A DNA stretch of 64,000 nt from Verrucomicrobiia bacterium (lineage in GTDB: Bacteria > Patescibacteriota > Saccharimonadia > Saccharimonadales > JAGQNK01), in NCBI GenBank assembly GCA_035489575.1, contig DATHJY010000002.1:15080-79079 (forward strand), read 5' to 3'. The stretch's first letter is position 1; every line of letters begins with the position of its first letter. The translations under genes and the position numbers were made by a program. This document shows, piece by piece, positions 8,758-17,089 of the stretch. The notes beneath the pieces were generated by a model. The model did not search any database. It had not been told where the DNA came from and was given only the letters and a program-made list of their open reading frames with translations.

Positions 8758-9963
8758 CTAGGTGGACCACGGGCCACTAACTATCTCGACCTCGTCAAGC
8801 TCTAGCTCGCGGTTGATGAGCACGATTGGCTGCTGGTAGCGGAGGCCTGGATAGGTCGCAATTTGCATCAGTGAAGCAGCTCGAGTCCGTCCTGCAATCT
8901 CTCGCTCCGCAGAGCCCAGGTTACTAGAAAGTAGGTCACGTCTCGATAGTCGGTGATACCAGGACACGTACGGCGAGTTATCTGCAACATAGATACCTTC
9001 TGCACGTTTGGGCACTACCCGGAATACATAGGAGTTTAGGGGTGATTGCCACGGGAGTCCGGGTATGACCAACTCATCAAGGTGTGTGGAGGTCTGCACT
9101 TCGCCAAAGCCGCACCACAGAAAGCTGGAATATGCCTCCCTGGGAGCGTTACTAAGAACGGGATAACACAGCAAGCTGTAGTTACCGACTGCCATGCCGT
9201 AGCGCAGATCTGGCTCGACACTGACGTTTTGTCCGAACAAGACACGAAGATAGTCCTCTTTGTCGCCGAAGCAGAAGATTGGCGGTATCCCATCTGGCAG
9301 TGGTGTGTTGATCTGCGGGAAGGCGTTGACCTTCTCGGTGGCTTCAGGAGTCCGGAGGATCCAGTCCAGCAGGTTGCTCCGGAGCCACTGGGCGAAGTCT
9401 TCGAACACTTCATCGGTGTCGTACATAGTCGGCTCGTCGCCCACGGGGTCGTATTCGAAGTTGTCGCTGGTATGCACCAACAGCGATGGACCGCTGCCGG
9501 CATGCGTGTGACGCCGGTCGCTGGCGTTGCAGAAGCAGTCTCCGGTGTAGCGCAGGTACCAGCGGGGCACTCGATCAGCCTTGCTGCTAGATTTCGGCTG
9601 AACGGATACCCACCGCTCTTTGTCTGCCAGCCAGTCGGTGCCGGCGTAGACGTAGTAGACGGGACTCAACCAGTTGTGGTAAACCATAATGTGCTGGCGC
9701 GGGATGATCACTTCTGTTGCGCCTATGACACTCTGGCTTCCGTGGAATGTATGACATCCAAGGGTCACCTTGAAGTCAGCGCCCTGGATCTCTGAGACCA
9801 TCCGATACTTGGCGGCTCCAGTCCCAAAAGTACGAAAATTTACCAGAATGCCCGGTACGTCCCAGTTGCGCGCTTCTAATGCCCGGACTATTTCGTCACA
9901 GACTTTGTCAAAAAGGAACCGGCGCGAATTGGGATACAGAAACAAAGGCTCTGCAAGCGGCAT
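8758..9963 (-). CDS. Hypothetical protein (401 aa), relatively GC-rich
   Basis: Long ORF with several long shadow ORFs on both strands, which indicates few stop codons. No motif recognised. Confidence 0.55.
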   Translation of the reverse strand: MPLAEPLFLYPNSRRFLFDKVCDEIVRALEARNWDVPGILVNFRTFGTGAAKYRMVSEIQGADFKVTLGCHTFHGSQSVIGATEVIIPRQHIMVYHNWLSPVYYVYAGTDWLADKERWVSVQPKSSSKADRVPRWYLRYTGDCFCNASDRRHTHAGSGPSLLVHTSDNFEYDPVGDEPTMYDTDEVFEDFAQWLRSNLLDWILRTPEATEKVNAFPQINTPLPDGIPPIFCFGDKEDYLRVLFGQNVSVEPDLRYGMAVGNYSLLCYPVLSNAPREAYSSFLWCGFGEVQTSTHLDELVIPGLPWQSPLNSYVFRVVPKRAEGIYVADNSPYVSWYHRLSRRDLLSSNLGSAEREIAGRTRAASLMQIATYPGLRYQQPIVLINRELELDEVEIVSGPWST

Positions 9964-10005
9964 GTAGTGCCACCTTTCAGATAGGACGGATGTGTAAGAA
10001 CTTTC

Positions 10006-10021
10006 TCACGAATGTTCGTGA
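10006..10021. promoter_or_regulatory. Perfect 7-bp inverted repeat TCACGAA-TG-TTCGTGA (operator-like)
   Basis: Palindrome about 45 nt upstream of the 401-aa gene start at 9963. Confidence 0.2.
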
Positions 10022-10217
10022 AAGTAGATAAACTATATAAACTTTTCGTAACTAGGTCAATCGGCTCCCATCTGTAAATCATTGACATTTTGCCCAAAAT
10101 AAACATAATGTAAGAAGTTAATTTCTCGCAGCACTGTCTTTCTACAGCCCTGCCCGTTGTCCAAACCAAGCAAACTGTGTCCGGCTGTTTGGGCAACGGA
10201 AGAGGAAGCGGCTTGTT

Positions 10218-10271
10218 GGGCTGCCCACAGTTGGCGAGCAAACTTGTTTTGTCGCCAGCTTGCGGCAGCCC
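10218..10271 (+). other. Nested GC-rich hairpin upstream of the tRNA-Lys region
   Basis: GGGCTGCC...GGCAGCCC outer stem encloses a TGGCGA...TCGCCA inner stem. The loop motif AAACTTGTTTT recurs at about 10357 inside the tRNA pseudogene insert. Confidence 0.25.
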
Positions 10272-10289
10272 AGCATTACACGCTAACGC

Positions 10290-10445
10290 GGGCCCATAGC
10301 TCAGCCGGTTAGAGTGAGAAATGCCTGTGGCATTTCGCAAGGGAACCTTCCGATGAAAACTTGTTTTCAGTCGCGAAGTTCCGGGGTCGCTGAAAGTGAC
10401 CCTGCCTTTTAAGAAGGGTGAGAGGTGAGTCGTGGGTTCCCCTGA
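10290..10445 (+). pseudogene. tRNA-Lys-derived pseudogene / tRNA-like element with an insert of about 86 nt
   Basis: Bases 10290-10314 are identical to the first 25 nt of the intact tRNA-Lys. A hairpin-rich insert follows. Then come a degenerate anticodon arm (CCTGCCTTTTAAGAAGG) and a truncated T arm (GTCGTGGGTTCCCC). No 3' acceptor strand is present. Confidence 0.55.
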
Positions 10446-10474
10446 CAGCTGCCGTACATTACAATCATTTTTGT

Positions 10475-10551
10475 GGGCCCATAGCTCAGCCGGTTAGAGC
10501 ACCTGCCTTTTAAGCAGGGTGTCGTGGGTTCGAGTCCCACTGGGCCCTCCA
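10475..10551 (+). tRNA. tRNA-Lys (anticodon UUU) with encoded CCA
   Basis: Hand-folded cloverleaf: GGGCCCA/TGGGCCC acceptor stem, GCTC/GAGC D stem, CCTGC-CTTTTAA-GCAGG anticodon arm, GTGGG-TTCGAGT-CCCAC T arm, then T-CCA. Confidence 0.92.
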
Positions 10552-12177
10552 AGAACTTATAACTGGCTCAAGAGCCGCTTCCATATCTCTGGTGGCGGCG
10601 TTTTTGTTTTCGGTTCGTACCTTCAAGAAACTTCTCTCAATTTCTGGGTATTTTTCGCCTATTGGGACGAGCCATTCATTCGGCTCTATAAAGAGTCTGT
10701 TATCTTGTAGCACAAGGTTTTTGCCTAAGGTCTTGAGTATCTCACGTTTGGTTCGTATGTCGCCGCTTTGGAAATGGATACGAGCGTAGGCAGCAAAGTT
10801 AAATGCTTTCTCGTTTAGCTCCATCCAATTCTCGGCTCGCTTCTCCGTATTCCGTAGCTGCTGGTCCAGGCTATCAATATCAACTTGCAGACGGCTTTTC
10901 TGATGCTTGTACTCCTCCTCATCTATCAACTCACGGTGTAGATAGTCAATGAGGCTGTCCCGCTGCGACTGCAGCTGCGCTCGTTTCTTGACGTTCTTGC
11001 CGTACATCCGCTCACGTTCGCTAACTTCAAGCTTATTGTTGCGGCGTAGTATCTTGAGTGCCAAGTCTTTGAACTCAGGGATTATCGTATACTTGCCCAG
11101 CTCCTCGTCTATATTGCTTTCAATGACCTCCAGTGGGGTATACACGGTCTGGTTGCAAGGACGGTCCATACTTTTTCGTGAGCAGTAATAGTAAACATAT
11201 GTTTTGTACTGTCCCTCGCTTTTTACGTACTTGGTGCGATGACGTGCCTGGACCAAACAATTACAAATGCCACAGCGAATCATACTGCTGAATGCGTAGT
11301 CAAAGTTACCGACACGGTGGTTGCCACGGTCGCCAAGTATCTGCTGAACTGTTTTGTACTCTTCCCAGGTAATCATCGGCTCGTAGTTACCCTTATGCAG
11401 GATTCCGTTATGCTCAAAATATCCAGCGTAGAAAGGGTTCCTGAAAATACGATACAGTTCGCTCTTACCTATGAGCTTGCCACCTGTCTTCGGTGTTTTC
11501 GGCATAACGAAGTTCATTTCTTCGAAGGCAATCTTCCATATTTGGCTTGGCGTGTATCCACCACCTAATAGGAAGGCAAACATACGCCTAACATCTTCAT
11601 ACCGCTCGGGGTCCTTACCGGTTTCCGTAACTATCTTATTGTCTTTCGGGCGAATAATGACCTGACCGTTGCTGTCTAATTGGGGTACTTTCATATATCC
11701 AGGAGGCACACGTCCTGGCTTTTCGCCAGTACCAGCCTTGGTTGCCAGCCCGCGCTTAACGTCCTTACCTTGTTTGGTGCTTTCGTACTGAGACTGGTTC
11801 ATTGTCATCTGCAGCATCATTATGCCTTCGGGCGAACTGTCAAAATTGTAAGAGCAGAACTTTAGGTCTTTTAAGGCTCCTCGCAACATATAAGTAATTT
11901 CGGCACTATCGATTTCATTTCTTGATAACCGGTTAGGGTGCCAAGCAACGATTGCATCTGCTTCGCCGTTTTTTATTGCGTCCATTAACTCTCTGAATAC
12001 TGGTCGTCCAGGTGTAAAAGCACTTTTACTTTCAGGGTCCATCCACCTGACAATATTCAGGTTACCGAACTGGCTTTTTATATTTTCAATCTGGCTAAGA
12101 TGCGACAGTTCCTGCTTTTCTTTGCTTTCGGATGATTTGCGTACGTAGGCGATATATCGCAGTTTCTGGGTTTTCAT
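10510..12177 (-). CDS. Large serine recombinase (integrase)
   Basis: YIAYVRKSSESKEKQELSHLSQ is the resolvase catalytic-Ser region. A recombinase domain follows, then a Cys cluster (CGICNC...YYYCSRK...CNQ) and a coiled-coil tail. The last 14 codons are antisense to the tRNA-Lys 3' half. Confidence 0.9.
   Translation of the reverse strand: MKTQKLRYIAYVRKSSESKEKQELSHLSQIENIKSQFGNLNIVRWMDPESKSAFTPGRPVFRELMDAIKNGEADAIVAWHPNRLSRNEIDSAEITYMLRGALKDLKFCSYNFDSSPEGIMMLQMTMNQSQYESTKQGKDVKRGLATKAGTGEKPGRVPPGYMKVPQLDSNGQVIIRPKDNKIVTETGKDPERYEDVRRMFAFLLGGGYTPSQIWKIAFEEMNFVMPKTPKTGGKLIGKSELYRIFRNPFYAGYFEHNGILHKGNYEPMITWEEYKTVQQILGDRGNHRVGNFDYAFSSMIRCGICNCLVQARHRTKYVKSEGQYKTYVYYYCSRKSMDRPCNQTVYTPLEVIESNIDEELGKYTIIPEFKDLALKILRRNNKLEVSERERMYGKNVKKRAQLQSQRDSLIDYLHRELIDEEEYKHQKSRLQVDIDSLDQQLRNTEKRAENWMELNEKAFNFAAYARIHFQSGDIRTKREILKTLGKNLVLQDNRLFIEPNEWLVPIGEKYPEIERSFLKVRTENKNAATRDMEAALEPVISSWRAQWDSNPRHPA
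10543..10553 (+). repeat. Left copy of the 11-nt direct repeat GGCCCTCCAAG (candidate att core, tRNA 3' end)
   Basis: Identical 11-mer at 26872-26882. Confidence 0.4.
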
Positions 12178-12212
12178 AACACTCTCCTTGAGTCCAAAAA
12201 GGGACGGTTCCT

Positions 12213-12303
12213 GTTGACCCAGTTACCAAGAAGGCTTCTGGCAGAACCGCCCCTTAACAGGCAGAAGTGCATAAAAAAACTTCTTGGCACGAACTGGGTC
12301 AAC
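12213..12303 (-). promoter_or_regulatory. Long imperfect inverted repeat between the 62-aa gene and the recombinase gene
   Basis: GTTGACCCAGTTACCAAGAAG ... CTTCTTGGCACGAACTGGGTCAAC. On the - strand it is followed by CCCTTTTT and then the AAGGAGAG RBS of the recombinase. Confidence 0.3.
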
Positions 12304-12311
12304 GCTTAATA

Positions 12312-12500
12312 TTATACCTCCTTTGGCTTATTTATTGCTGCGTTCACTTTTAATACGATTCCATTAATCATTTGAAGCGACTGCTGCAGCTGCGTATTAT
12401 CAGGCTCCTTTTCCAGATGGTCGATTACAGTCTCACGGTCTAATAGGACTGCAAAGCCTATCTCTCTCAACTCATCTCTACTAAAACTTACCTTAATCAT
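12312..12500 (-). CDS. Hypothetical small protein (62 aa)
   Basis: ORF in the island's leftward operon. No motif recognised. Confidence 0.4.
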   Translation of the reverse strand: MIKVSFSRDELREIGFAVLLDRETVIDHLEKEPDNTQLQQSLQMINGIVLKVNAAINKPKEV

Positions 12501-12547
12501 TTCATCTCCTTTATTAATAGTTGAATGGCTGCTGCGGTTAAAAAGGC

Positions 12548-13060
12548 CTAGGGTCCACGGACCGATTTGCTAGCTATCAGTCTTTGCCGGTGTTGCTGGA
12601 AGTTATTTTTATTAACCGCTGCTACGGTATTTTTTGTAGTAGTCTCTCTGGTAATCTTTGTAATAGTTTCGCCATTTGGGACATAGTAGTTCGGTGGATT
12701 TGGGTAATCCAGTTTGCGGGATTCCTTCAAACTGGGAAGAATATTATGTAGTTCTTCCAGTTTTACTCTGAAGTGTCGTTTTGCAGGTACTTGAGCCAGC
12801 TTGTAATCAATAACATCGAGCTTGACGAGCTTCTTAATGGCTGTTTCTTGATTACTACGTGTTAAGCCCGTCTCCGCTTCGATGTCCGCAGCAGTCTTGT
12901 ATATCCAGCCAGATTTATCCTTGCCCTTACCGTGCCAATAAAGCAACTGTGAAAGTAACAGCCCTGCGTTTACACCGAACACTTGGCCAAGACCACCTAT
13001 GTAAAGCAGTGGCTTCTTTGAAAAATATTTAGCTATCGCTTGCTGCTCGGGCTTGCTCAT
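12548..13060 (-). CDS. Winged-helix DNA-binding protein (replication-initiator/DnaD-N-like)
   Basis: The ATG at 13060 follows GAGGA. LLSQLLYWHGKGKDKSGWIYKTAADIEAETGLTRSNQETAIKKLVKLDVI looks like the wHTH of phage/plasmid replication organisers. Confidence 0.45.
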   Translation of the reverse strand: MSKPEQQAIAKYFSKKPLLYIGGLGQVFGVNAGLLLSQLLYWHGKGKDKSGWIYKTAADIEAETGLTRSNQETAIKKLVKLDVIDYKLAQVPAKRHFRVKLEELHNILPSLKESRKLDYPNPPNYYVPNGETITKITRETTTKNTVAAVNKNNFQQHRQRLIASKSVRGP

Positions 13061-13253
13061 TACTAGTATCCTCATATTCATTTTTTGCGGTATACGCTGC
13101 TGACTGCTCTTGTGTGATTGGCTTGTAGACCTCATACATCTGACGCACCAAGCACAAAAGCTGGTGTCGTGCAGTTTTTTCGTCCAGCTCAATCCCGAAC
13201 TTTGTCTTATAAAGTTGTTGGAACTGCCGTATATCAGAGGTAGTCAGGTCCAT
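13029..13253 (-). CDS. Hypothetical small protein (74 aa)
   Basis: ORF in the island's leftward operon. It overlaps the next gene by about 32 nt. Confidence 0.4.
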   Translation of the reverse strand: MDLTTSDIRQFQQLYKTKFGIELDEKTARHQLLCLVRQMYEVYKPITQEQSAAYTAKNEYEDTSNEQARAASDS

Positions 13254-13255
13254 TA

Positions 13256-13498
13256 CTACTCTCCGTAAATCCTGCTTTTAAGTCGCTTTGTATTCTCGAA
13301 ATATCCAAGTGCACCAACGGCCAAGGAACCATTCCAGTACTCCTGAACTAGGCTGTTGACCTCTGTCGATTCAACAAATACAAAAACAGCTCGTCTGGGG
13401 TTTTCCTTGTTAACCCTGACGAGCAGCACGTTACAGGCAAGCAGTGCAGCTGCTAAGCCTAAGTCTGATGTCTCATAGTAATTTTCTGCCGTATTCAT
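13256..13498 (-). CDS. DUF5659-like small protein
   Basis: YETSDLGLAAALLACNVLLVRVNKENPRRAVFVF...LVQEYWNGSLAV...KRLKSRIY fits the DUF5659 pattern common in CPR genomes and phages. Confidence 0.55.
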   Translation of the reverse strand: MNTAENYYETSDLGLAAALLACNVLLVRVNKENPRRAVFVFVESTEVNSLVQEYWNGSLAVGALGYFENTKRLKSRIYGE

Positions 13499-13525
13499 TT
13501 CCTAGTCCCTTGACCGAGACAGGAA

Positions 13526-13585
13526 ATAAAAAAGTCGCTAAGACAGAATTATTCCCTATTTCGGGAACGAAACTGTCTTAACGAC
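13526..13585 (-). terminator. Terminator-like hairpin in the 5' leader of the leftward island operon
   Basis: Stem of 13 bp (12/13 paired): GTCGCTAAGACAG / CTGTCTTAACGAC, with an inner TTCCC/GGGAA hairpin. On the - strand it is followed by TTTTTTATTT, about 30 nt before the 13498 start codon. Confidence 0.4.
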
Positions 13586-13714
13586 ATTTATTCGATTAAA
13601 TTTCTAATGTACTACCCCTATTATACCATTTGTTAACGGCACTTAAAGCATTTTGTTACAATTAAATCAAAAGATGAGTATGAAAATCCAAATAATAAGA
13701 ATTGGAGCATACTC

Positions 13715-14428
13715 GTGGCAACAGAGACTACAAGTAAAAAGGTTGGAAGGCCGTCCAAAAAGGACGACGAGAGCTTTGATGCTGTCAAAAAATTACTGGC
13801 TGCTTTTTGGCGTGGTGCAAACGTAACCGAGGCCTGCATTTACGCTGGTATATCTCGTGAAACGTACTATCACTGGTGTCGTGAAATACCAGAGTTTTCT
13901 GACACTATTGCTGCTGCCAGAACAAAAGTCAGCGAGAACGCAAAGGCGGTAATTGTCGATGCCATAGATAACGGCGATATTAGTGCAGCAAAATGGTGGT
14001 TAGAGCGTAGGAATAAAAAGGAATTTGGGCCAAACGCAGTTGATGACCCTGAAATGCCGACTGAAACAGAAATACTAGAGGCGCAGCTGCAGCAAAACAT
14101 TAACAAGGGCATTGCGGACAAATACAGAGTCTACCTCTTCCGTAAGCGAGAGGAACATCTGGCTGCGTACAGCAAGAAAGATGAATATATGATTTCCAGA
14201 ATTGACAGGCTGATGCAGCTGTCTGACAAGGAACTTGCTGATTATGCTGGCGTTGAAGTATGGGCAACTGGCTCTGATTACGCAGGGGTCAGGAGACAGT
14301 TGATAATAAGGTTCGGTGGCGAAAACTACGAAGACCTAATTCCGTTGGCCGAAGAAACAGCAGAAAAATACGATTCAATGATAACAAGTGAGCCAGCCCC
14401 AGACAGTAAAAACTATACTACACAATAA
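13715..14428 (+). CDS. Phage terminase-small-subunit-like HTH protein
   Basis: GTG start with a GGAG RBS. GRPSKK...VTEACIYAGISRETYYHWCREIPEFSDTIAAARTK...AAKWWLERRNKKEFG follows the TerS N-terminal pattern (GRP..., HTH, ...KW.LER...K.FG). Confidence 0.5.
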   Translation: MATETTSKKVGRPSKKDDESFDAVKKLLAAFWRGANVTEACIYAGISRETYYHWCREIPEFSDTIAAARTKVSENAKAVIVDAIDNGDISAAKWWLERRNKKEFGPNAVDDPEMPTETEILEAQLQQNINKGIADKYRVYLFRKREEHLAAYSKKDEYMISRIDRLMQLSDKELADYAGVEVWATGSDYAGVRRQLIIRFGGENYEDLIPLAEETAEKYDSMITSEPAPDSKNYTTQ

Positions 14429-14500
14429 TTCCATTTAGTTTTACCCCGTTACAGAGTACAATAAGATACAAATAACAGATGAATATGACGATGTAGACTT

Positions 14501-17089
14501 ATGCAAGACACGATTGACGACCAGAAACTTACCAAGGACTTCTTTCGCTTGCAAATTGAACAGCGTGATAATACCTACAACAAAAGCTTTTTCGACGAGA
14601 TAAATTCCAGGCTAATATTTGAGCAGTTAAAGGAGCCGGACGACCTTAAAGACGACTTAGCTCTAGTTACGCCAGAGGACCCTACCGTTCTCCTTATGGT
14701 GGTTGTCGAGAGTCTCCTTGCCCTGTTAAAGTATGACGTTTCTAGCGGCAGCAAAACAACTCTAAAAGATATTAAACCTGGCGATAGTGTTGGGCTAATT
14801 GAGAATCGAGTAATGTATCCCGGGCAGTTCCTGGGTAAGACTGTAATCCATGGAAAGAATTACTTTTCAGTTAAAAGGCTCGACAATGGAATGGTGGAAA
14901 GTATCCCTGAAGGTACGGGTAGGGAGTGGAGAATACAGCCGTACACATCGACAGACAATGCGAGTCGTACGCGAAGAACGAAAGTATATGGTAAGAAAAT
15001 CGAGCATATGTTGGAACTACCCAGCGGAGGATTAAAAACTTTTCAAAAATCAAAAATGCTTGTTGTAGCACCTGATAAAAGTGGCTTAATAGATGCAATC
15101 CGTGGAGTAAAGATTGGGGACGACCCGCTAGAGGCTATTTTCCCAATAGCAGATTACACTTCAACGGAAGACTGGCATTACGTCGGCTCGTTTGGTCTTA
15201 ATAACCTAAAGCAGGAGCCAATAATTGGATTAGTAGCAAATTGCGACATGGCTGTTGATATAGCAATGAAGGACCCGTCATACAAACTACTGGTGGTTGA
15301 CAGTGCCTCCAAGCTTCGAGCACATTATGGAAGTATTGAAAGATTAAATTCGGATACAAATCCTAGGAAAGTTCTTTGCTTGCTCCGTTCTGCAGATGAA
15401 GACGAATTAAAGACGTTGCATTCTATGGGAATCGAAAGTTATGTATGGAAAAGGGGAGATTTTAAGGGTATTGATACTGCTTCCTATCTACAAGAAAACC
15501 CAAACGAGCCCTTTGATAAACATAGCCAGATAGTCAGCTATTTGGCCGGGGAAGAGCCTGAGTTTCGTGAAATAAGTCTTCCAACCGACATAGAAAAGCA
15601 AGTCGAAGAATCTTACAGAATCCTCTACTCGCTGAGCAAACAGGTATCCCCTCTTCCGGAATCAGGCATTTTAATTCGCTGGGGAATCTCACTAATAAAT
15701 GGCTGGCTGCAACTGCCTTTTACTATCTATGACTTCCATGAATATATTGCCAAATACAACATTCCGACTAAGAGAATGGATGAAAAATATTCGGATTTCA
15801 AAAATCGAATTAGGGAATCCTACGGTCTCCTTATTCCTGCAATGCATTCAAGTATGTGCGAAGAACTTATTTCTAAGATGGATACATTATACGAATACTT
15901 CTCAAAGCATAGTCCAAAAAGCGAAGCAATTCTGGCTTTACTAGAAACAAATACCAACGATGCTACTTATGTTTATTGCTGCAGCCCTCAATATACGGCT
16001 GCTTTCAATAAGCTGAGGGGTAACAAGCGAATTCAAGCCAAAAATATTGAACAGCTAAGTTCGATGCCAGTAAAACGTGGAATTATTACAGGTTGGAGTA
16101 ATAGAAGAAACGCTGCTCAAGGCTTTCTTGCACCAGTAAAGAACCCCGTATTCATTCTGTACCGCAAGGAACTGGAAAGTCTGCAGCGTGTTTATAAGAC
16201 TCATCCTAGCTCTCCTGAGTCATCGTATGACAAAGTAGCCAGACAATCCCTCGGTGGTGTTGATACTACCTCAAGCGTTACTCTCTCGGACTCAGAAGAA
16301 GGCCAGTCCATAGAGTCGATTCTGGAGTACATTACACAGAAATTTAACACACCGCTCTATCCCAATTACGATTCCTCATACAACGGTACCGAACAAGAGG
16401 GTGTAGAAGCTCGCCAGATACAGTTTGATGATGGAACAATGGTTTATGCTGATGCCCAACACAAGTTTGATAAGCTAGAGCGTTCGAAGCACAAGATACT
16501 TAGAAGCAAAACAATCGAGATTAGTGAAGGCGATGAACTTGTATTTGCTGATTCCGAACGCAGTATGTTTGAAGAGTTACTCAGCATCTTGAAAGAATCA
16601 GAAGAGTACAGGAGCGTAGCAGCTACTGCGAATATCTGGAGAGACGCGTTACAAAAATACGTAGAAAGCAGTAATTCATCTGACCAGGAACTGGCTGGCA
16701 TGTTTAGGTTAGTCGGCTGTCCTCGAACAATACACACTATTCGCTCATGGCTAAGCGGTAATGTAATTGGTCCGTCCAATGATAACTATGCTGCGATTGA
16801 GGCCATTGCTAGAATTACCAAGGACCAGGCATTGATAGCAAATCGTGATGAGGTAATACGAGCGTGTAAGACTCTCCATGCTCTTCACGTTAAAACTGGC
16901 TGGCTCCTAGTAAGGAATATTATTAATTCAGCGATTGAACCAGACGACAGCGATGTAAATGAGGAAACACGTGAAAGGCTACAAGCCTATTCGGGAAGTT
17001 CTCGCATCGCAATCGTGAAATCAATATCAGAACAAACTTTCAGTGTGCCTGTCTCAGAAATCGGCAGATTAAATGAGGGTTTCTCATGA
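14501..17089 (+). CDS. Large protein of unknown function; first gene of the defence operon (DrmE-position candidate)
   Basis: 862-aa ORF whose stop overlaps the next start (ATGA at 17086-17089). I found no Walker A, nuclease or methylase motif by eye. Confidence 0.6.
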   Translation: MQDTIDDQKLTKDFFRLQIEQRDNTYNKSFFDEINSRLIFEQLKEPDDLKDDLALVTPEDPTVLLMVVVESLLALLKYDVSSGSKTTLKDIKPGDSVGLIENRVMYPGQFLGKTVIHGKNYFSVKRLDNGMVESIPEGTGREWRIQPYTSTDNASRTRRTKVYGKKIEHMLELPSGGLKTFQKSKMLVVAPDKSGLIDAIRGVKIGDDPLEAIFPIADYTSTEDWHYVGSFGLNNLKQEPIIGLVANCDMAVDIAMKDPSYKLLVVDSASKLRAHYGSIERLNSDTNPRKVLCLLRSADEDELKTLHSMGIESYVWKRGDFKGIDTASYLQENPNEPFDKHSQIVSYLAGEEPEFREISLPTDIEKQVEESYRILYSLSKQVSPLPESGILIRWGISLINGWLQLPFTIYDFHEYIAKYNIPTKRMDEKYSDFKNRIRESYGLLIPAMHSSMCEELISKMDTLYEYFSKHSPKSEAILALLETNTNDATYVYCCSPQYTAAFNKLRGNKRIQAKNIEQLSSMPVKRGIITGWSNRRNAAQGFLAPVKNPVFILYRKELESLQRVYKTHPSSPESSYDKVARQSLGGVDTTSSVTLSDSEEGQSIESILEYITQKFNTPLYPNYDSSYNGTEQEGVEARQIQFDDGTMVYADAQHKFDKLERSKHKILRSKTIEISEGDELVFADSERSMFEELLSILKESEEYRSVAATANIWRDALQKYVESSNSSDQELAGMFRLVGCPRTIHTIRSWLSGNVIGPSNDNYAAIEAIARITKDQALIANRDEVIRACKTLHALHVKTGWLLVRNIINSAIEPDDSDVNEETRERLQAYSGSSRIAIVKSISEQTFSVPVSEIGRLNEGFS

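Noticed and set aside
9036-9795. ORFs 9036-9503 (-), 9046-9795 (+) and 9260-9511 (+) overlapping the 401-aa gene
   Set aside because: They are shadow frames caused by the stop-poor composition. The 401-aa frame is the longest, and it alone has a plausible start context and an upstream promoter region.
9888-10340. 150-aa - strand ORF spanning the spacer and the tRNA pseudogene
   Set aside because: It runs through the tRNA-like sequence and an AT-rich promoter region. It has no RBS and an odd composition, so it is likely spurious.
10290-10445. Idea that this is a functional intron-containing tRNA-Lys
   Set aside because: There is no 3' acceptor strand to pair with GGGCCCA, the T loop is truncated (GTGGGTTCCCC), and the anticodon stem has a mismatch. 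The insert sits at the D-stem/anticodon-stem junction rather than at the canonical intron position.
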